From IMG/VR virus record IMGVR_UViG_3300045988_028249, positions 1 to 5,227 of that record: a stretch of DNA of 5,227 bases. One strand, written 5' to 3'. This document shows positions 3,593-5,227 of this stretch, piece by piece. The DNA is from a virus. Both the position numbers and the translations under genes were made by a program. The notes under the pieces are model-generated. The model saw only the letters and a program-made list of their open reading frames with translations. It had not been told where the DNA came from and did not search any database. Position 1 is the first letter of the stretch, and each line of letters starts with the position of its first letter.

Positions 3593-5227
3593 ATGAGCAA
3601 AACTTCTGCCCGCCCTTTTGGAACTTCCAACTCCCTTTTCTCTCAGATTCCGCGTGCTGAGATTCAGCGCTCTGCTTTCGATCGTTCTCATGGTTATAAG
3701 ACTACGTTCAATGAAGGTCTGTTGATTCCCTTCTTTGTGGACGAAGTCCTTCCTGGAGATACTTTTTCGCTCTCTTGGGCGGCTATTTGCCGTCTCACGA
3801 CCCCGATTGTTCCTTTCATGGATTCGATCTATCTGAAAGCTTATTGGTTCTTCGTTCCTAATCGTTTGGTCTGGAATAATTGGCAGCGCTTTATGGGTGA
3901 ACAGGAAAATCCCACTGATTCGACCGATTTCCTCGTCCCTTCTTTTAATACTACTGGCTCTGGCGCTACTTATGGCACGCTCTGCGACTACTTCGGCATC
4001 CGCACGGGTGTTAAAGGTATTAAGAATATTAATGCGCTCCCCTTCCGCGCCTACTTTAAGATTTGGAATGACTGGTTCCGCGATGAAAACTTACAGGATT
4101 CTCAAGGCGAATGGAATCAGACAACGAACCCTCAGCATTACACTGATCCGATTGGCGATGCTTCGATTGATTACACCTTGACGATGCCTTTGCGTCGGAA
4201 TAAGTTTCACGACTATTTCACGAGTTCTCTGCCTTGGCCTCAGAAAGGCGACCCCGTACAGATTTCGCTCGGTTCGTCTGTTCCTTTGTCTATTTCTAAC
4301 ACTCTTGCTGTTACTGGTAATGGTTCGCCGACTTTTACTAGTCCTTATGGTATTTCTGCGGCTGATGCTGTTAAGGCTTCTTCTAATAAGCCTACTACTT
4401 TGTACTTTGCCTCCTCGGGTAATGTTGCATCTTGGTCGAATCCTGCTCTTACTCTTTCTGGGTCTATTACTGGCACAGCCGATCTTTCTCAGGCTCAGCC
4501 GATCACCATCAATGACTTGCGCCAGGCTTTTCAGATTCAGAAGTTGAAGGAACGTGACGCCCGTGGCGGTACTCGTTATACTGAAATTTTGCGTGCGCAC
4601 TTTGGTGTCGTATCCCCTGACGGTCGTCTTCAGCGTTCGGAATTTCTTGGTTCCTCGACCTCTCAGATTTATGTCTCCGAGATTGCTCAGACGTCTGCCT
4701 CTGACTCGACTACCCCACAAGGCAACTTGGCTGCCTATGCCGTCGGCCGTGACCGCAAATTCGGTTTTACGAAGTCCTTTGTGGAGCATGGCTTCATCAT
4801 CGGCCTCATCACGGCTACTACGGACTTGACCTATCAGCAAGGCGTCAACCGTATGTGGAACCGTCGTGACAAGTACGACTACTATTGGCCTGCCCTTGCT
4901 CATCTTGGTGAACAGGCAACTCTTAACAAAGAGATTTTTGCCCAAGGCACTGCTGACGATGACAAGGTGTTCGGTTATCAGGAACGTTGGGCTGAGTATC
5001 GTTATTATCCGTCGATGATTACCGGTAAGTTGCGCTCTGATGACGCTCAGACGCTTGACATGTGGCACTTGTCTCAGCGCTTCGAGAACCTGCCCACGTT
5101 GTCCAGTCAGTTTATCGAAGACCGGCCTCCGATTGATCGTGTGGTTGCTGTGCAGTCTGAACCTCATTTCATTCTTGATGCTTGGTTTAAGTTGCGTTGC
5201 GTGCGTCCGATGCCGGTGCGCTCTGTG
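3593..5227 (+). CDS. VP1: Major capsid protein VP1 (gokushovirus-type). This is the 5' 1635 nt; the ORF continues across the circular junction to nt 143 (552 aa in total)
   Basis: Translation MSKTSARPFGTSNSLFSQIPRAEIQRSAFDRSHGYKTTFNEGLLIPFFVDEVLPGDTFSLSW...TPIVPFMDSIYLKAYWFFVPNRLVWNNWQRFMGEQ...ALPFRAYFKIWNDWFRDENLQ... carries the hallmark N-terminal motifs of Microviridae major capsid proteins. The frame has no stop before the window end. The six-frame track omits it only because it runs off the window. Confidence 0.97.
   Translation, partial: MSKTSARPFGTSNSLFSQIPRAEIQRSAFDRSHGYKTTFNEGLLIPFFVDEVLPGDTFSLSWAAICRLTTPIVPFMDSIYLKAYWFFVPNRLVWNNWQRFMGEQENPTDSTDFLVPSFNTTGSGATYGTLCDYFGIRTGVKGIKNINALPFRAYFKIWNDWFRDENLQDSQGEWNQTTNPQHYTDPIGDASIDYTLTMPLRRNKFHDYFTSSLPWPQKGDPVQISLGSSVPLSISNTLAVTGNGSPTFTSPYGISAADAVKASSNKPTTLYFASSGNVASWSNPALTLSGSITGTADLSQAQPITINDLRQAFQIQKLKERDARGGTRYTEILRAHFGVVSPDGRLQRSEFLGSSTSQIYVSEIAQTSASDSTTPQGNLAAYAVGRDRKFGFTKSFVEHGFIIGLITATTDLTYQQGVNRMWNRRDKYDYYWPALAHLGEQATLNKEIFAQGTADDDKVFGYQERWAEYRYYPSMITGKLRSDDAQTLDMWHLSQRFENLPTLSSQFIEDRPPIDRVVAVQSEPHFILDAWFKLRCVRPMPVRSV
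5109..5227. repeat. Second copy of the terminal redundancy (equals nt 1-119)
   Basis: Exact identity with nt 1-119. Confidence 0.95.

Noticed and set aside
3897-4181. 94-aa ORF with a signal-peptide-like N-terminus inside VP1
   Set aside because: It starts at GTG, not ATG, and has no SD. The hydrophobic run is again an off-frame codon-bias effect.
4305-4829. Leu-rich hydrophobic ORFs 4305-4547 and 4554-4829 in an alternative + frame inside VP1
   Set aside because: The extreme poly-Leu composition follows directly from the T-rich third codon positions of VP1 read out of frame. They are not credible proteins.
4091-5167. 358-aa ORF on the minus strand
   Set aside because: It is exactly antisense to VP1. 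The translation is low-complexity Arg/Ser-rich with no recognisable domain. Microviridae encode all genes on one strand, and open antisense frames are a common artefact.

Overview
The window holds one complete circular Microviridae genome of the gokushovirus type. The genome unit is 5108 bp, and the window overruns the circle by 119 bp: nt 1-119 are identical to nt 5109-5227. All genes are on the + strand. The order is: major capsid VP1 (3593 through the junction to 143, 552 aa), VP2 pilot protein (155-757), two tiny hydrophobic micro-ORFs chained by ATGA overlaps (754-822, 819-899), a 39-aa Arg/Lys-rich ORF8-like peptide (931-1050), a roughly 500-bp GC-rich and highly structured region with no convincing coding signal (1051-1550), the rolling-circle Rep VP4 (1551-2558), a VP5-like small protein (2599-2877), a rho-independent terminator (2916-2937), the scaffold protein VP3 (2964-3449), and a second 19-aa Arg-rich peptide (3452-3511) just upstream of VP1. 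The points worth a second look are: the compositionally foreign GC-rich region carrying iteron-like repeats upstream of Rep; the two translationally coupled single-helix micro-ORFs, which are lysis candidates in a family without a defined lysis gene; the duplication of small basic DNA-binding-type peptides; a perfect 16-bp palindrome in front of the ORF8-like gene; and an attenuator-like three-segment pairing option around the VP5 stop and terminator.
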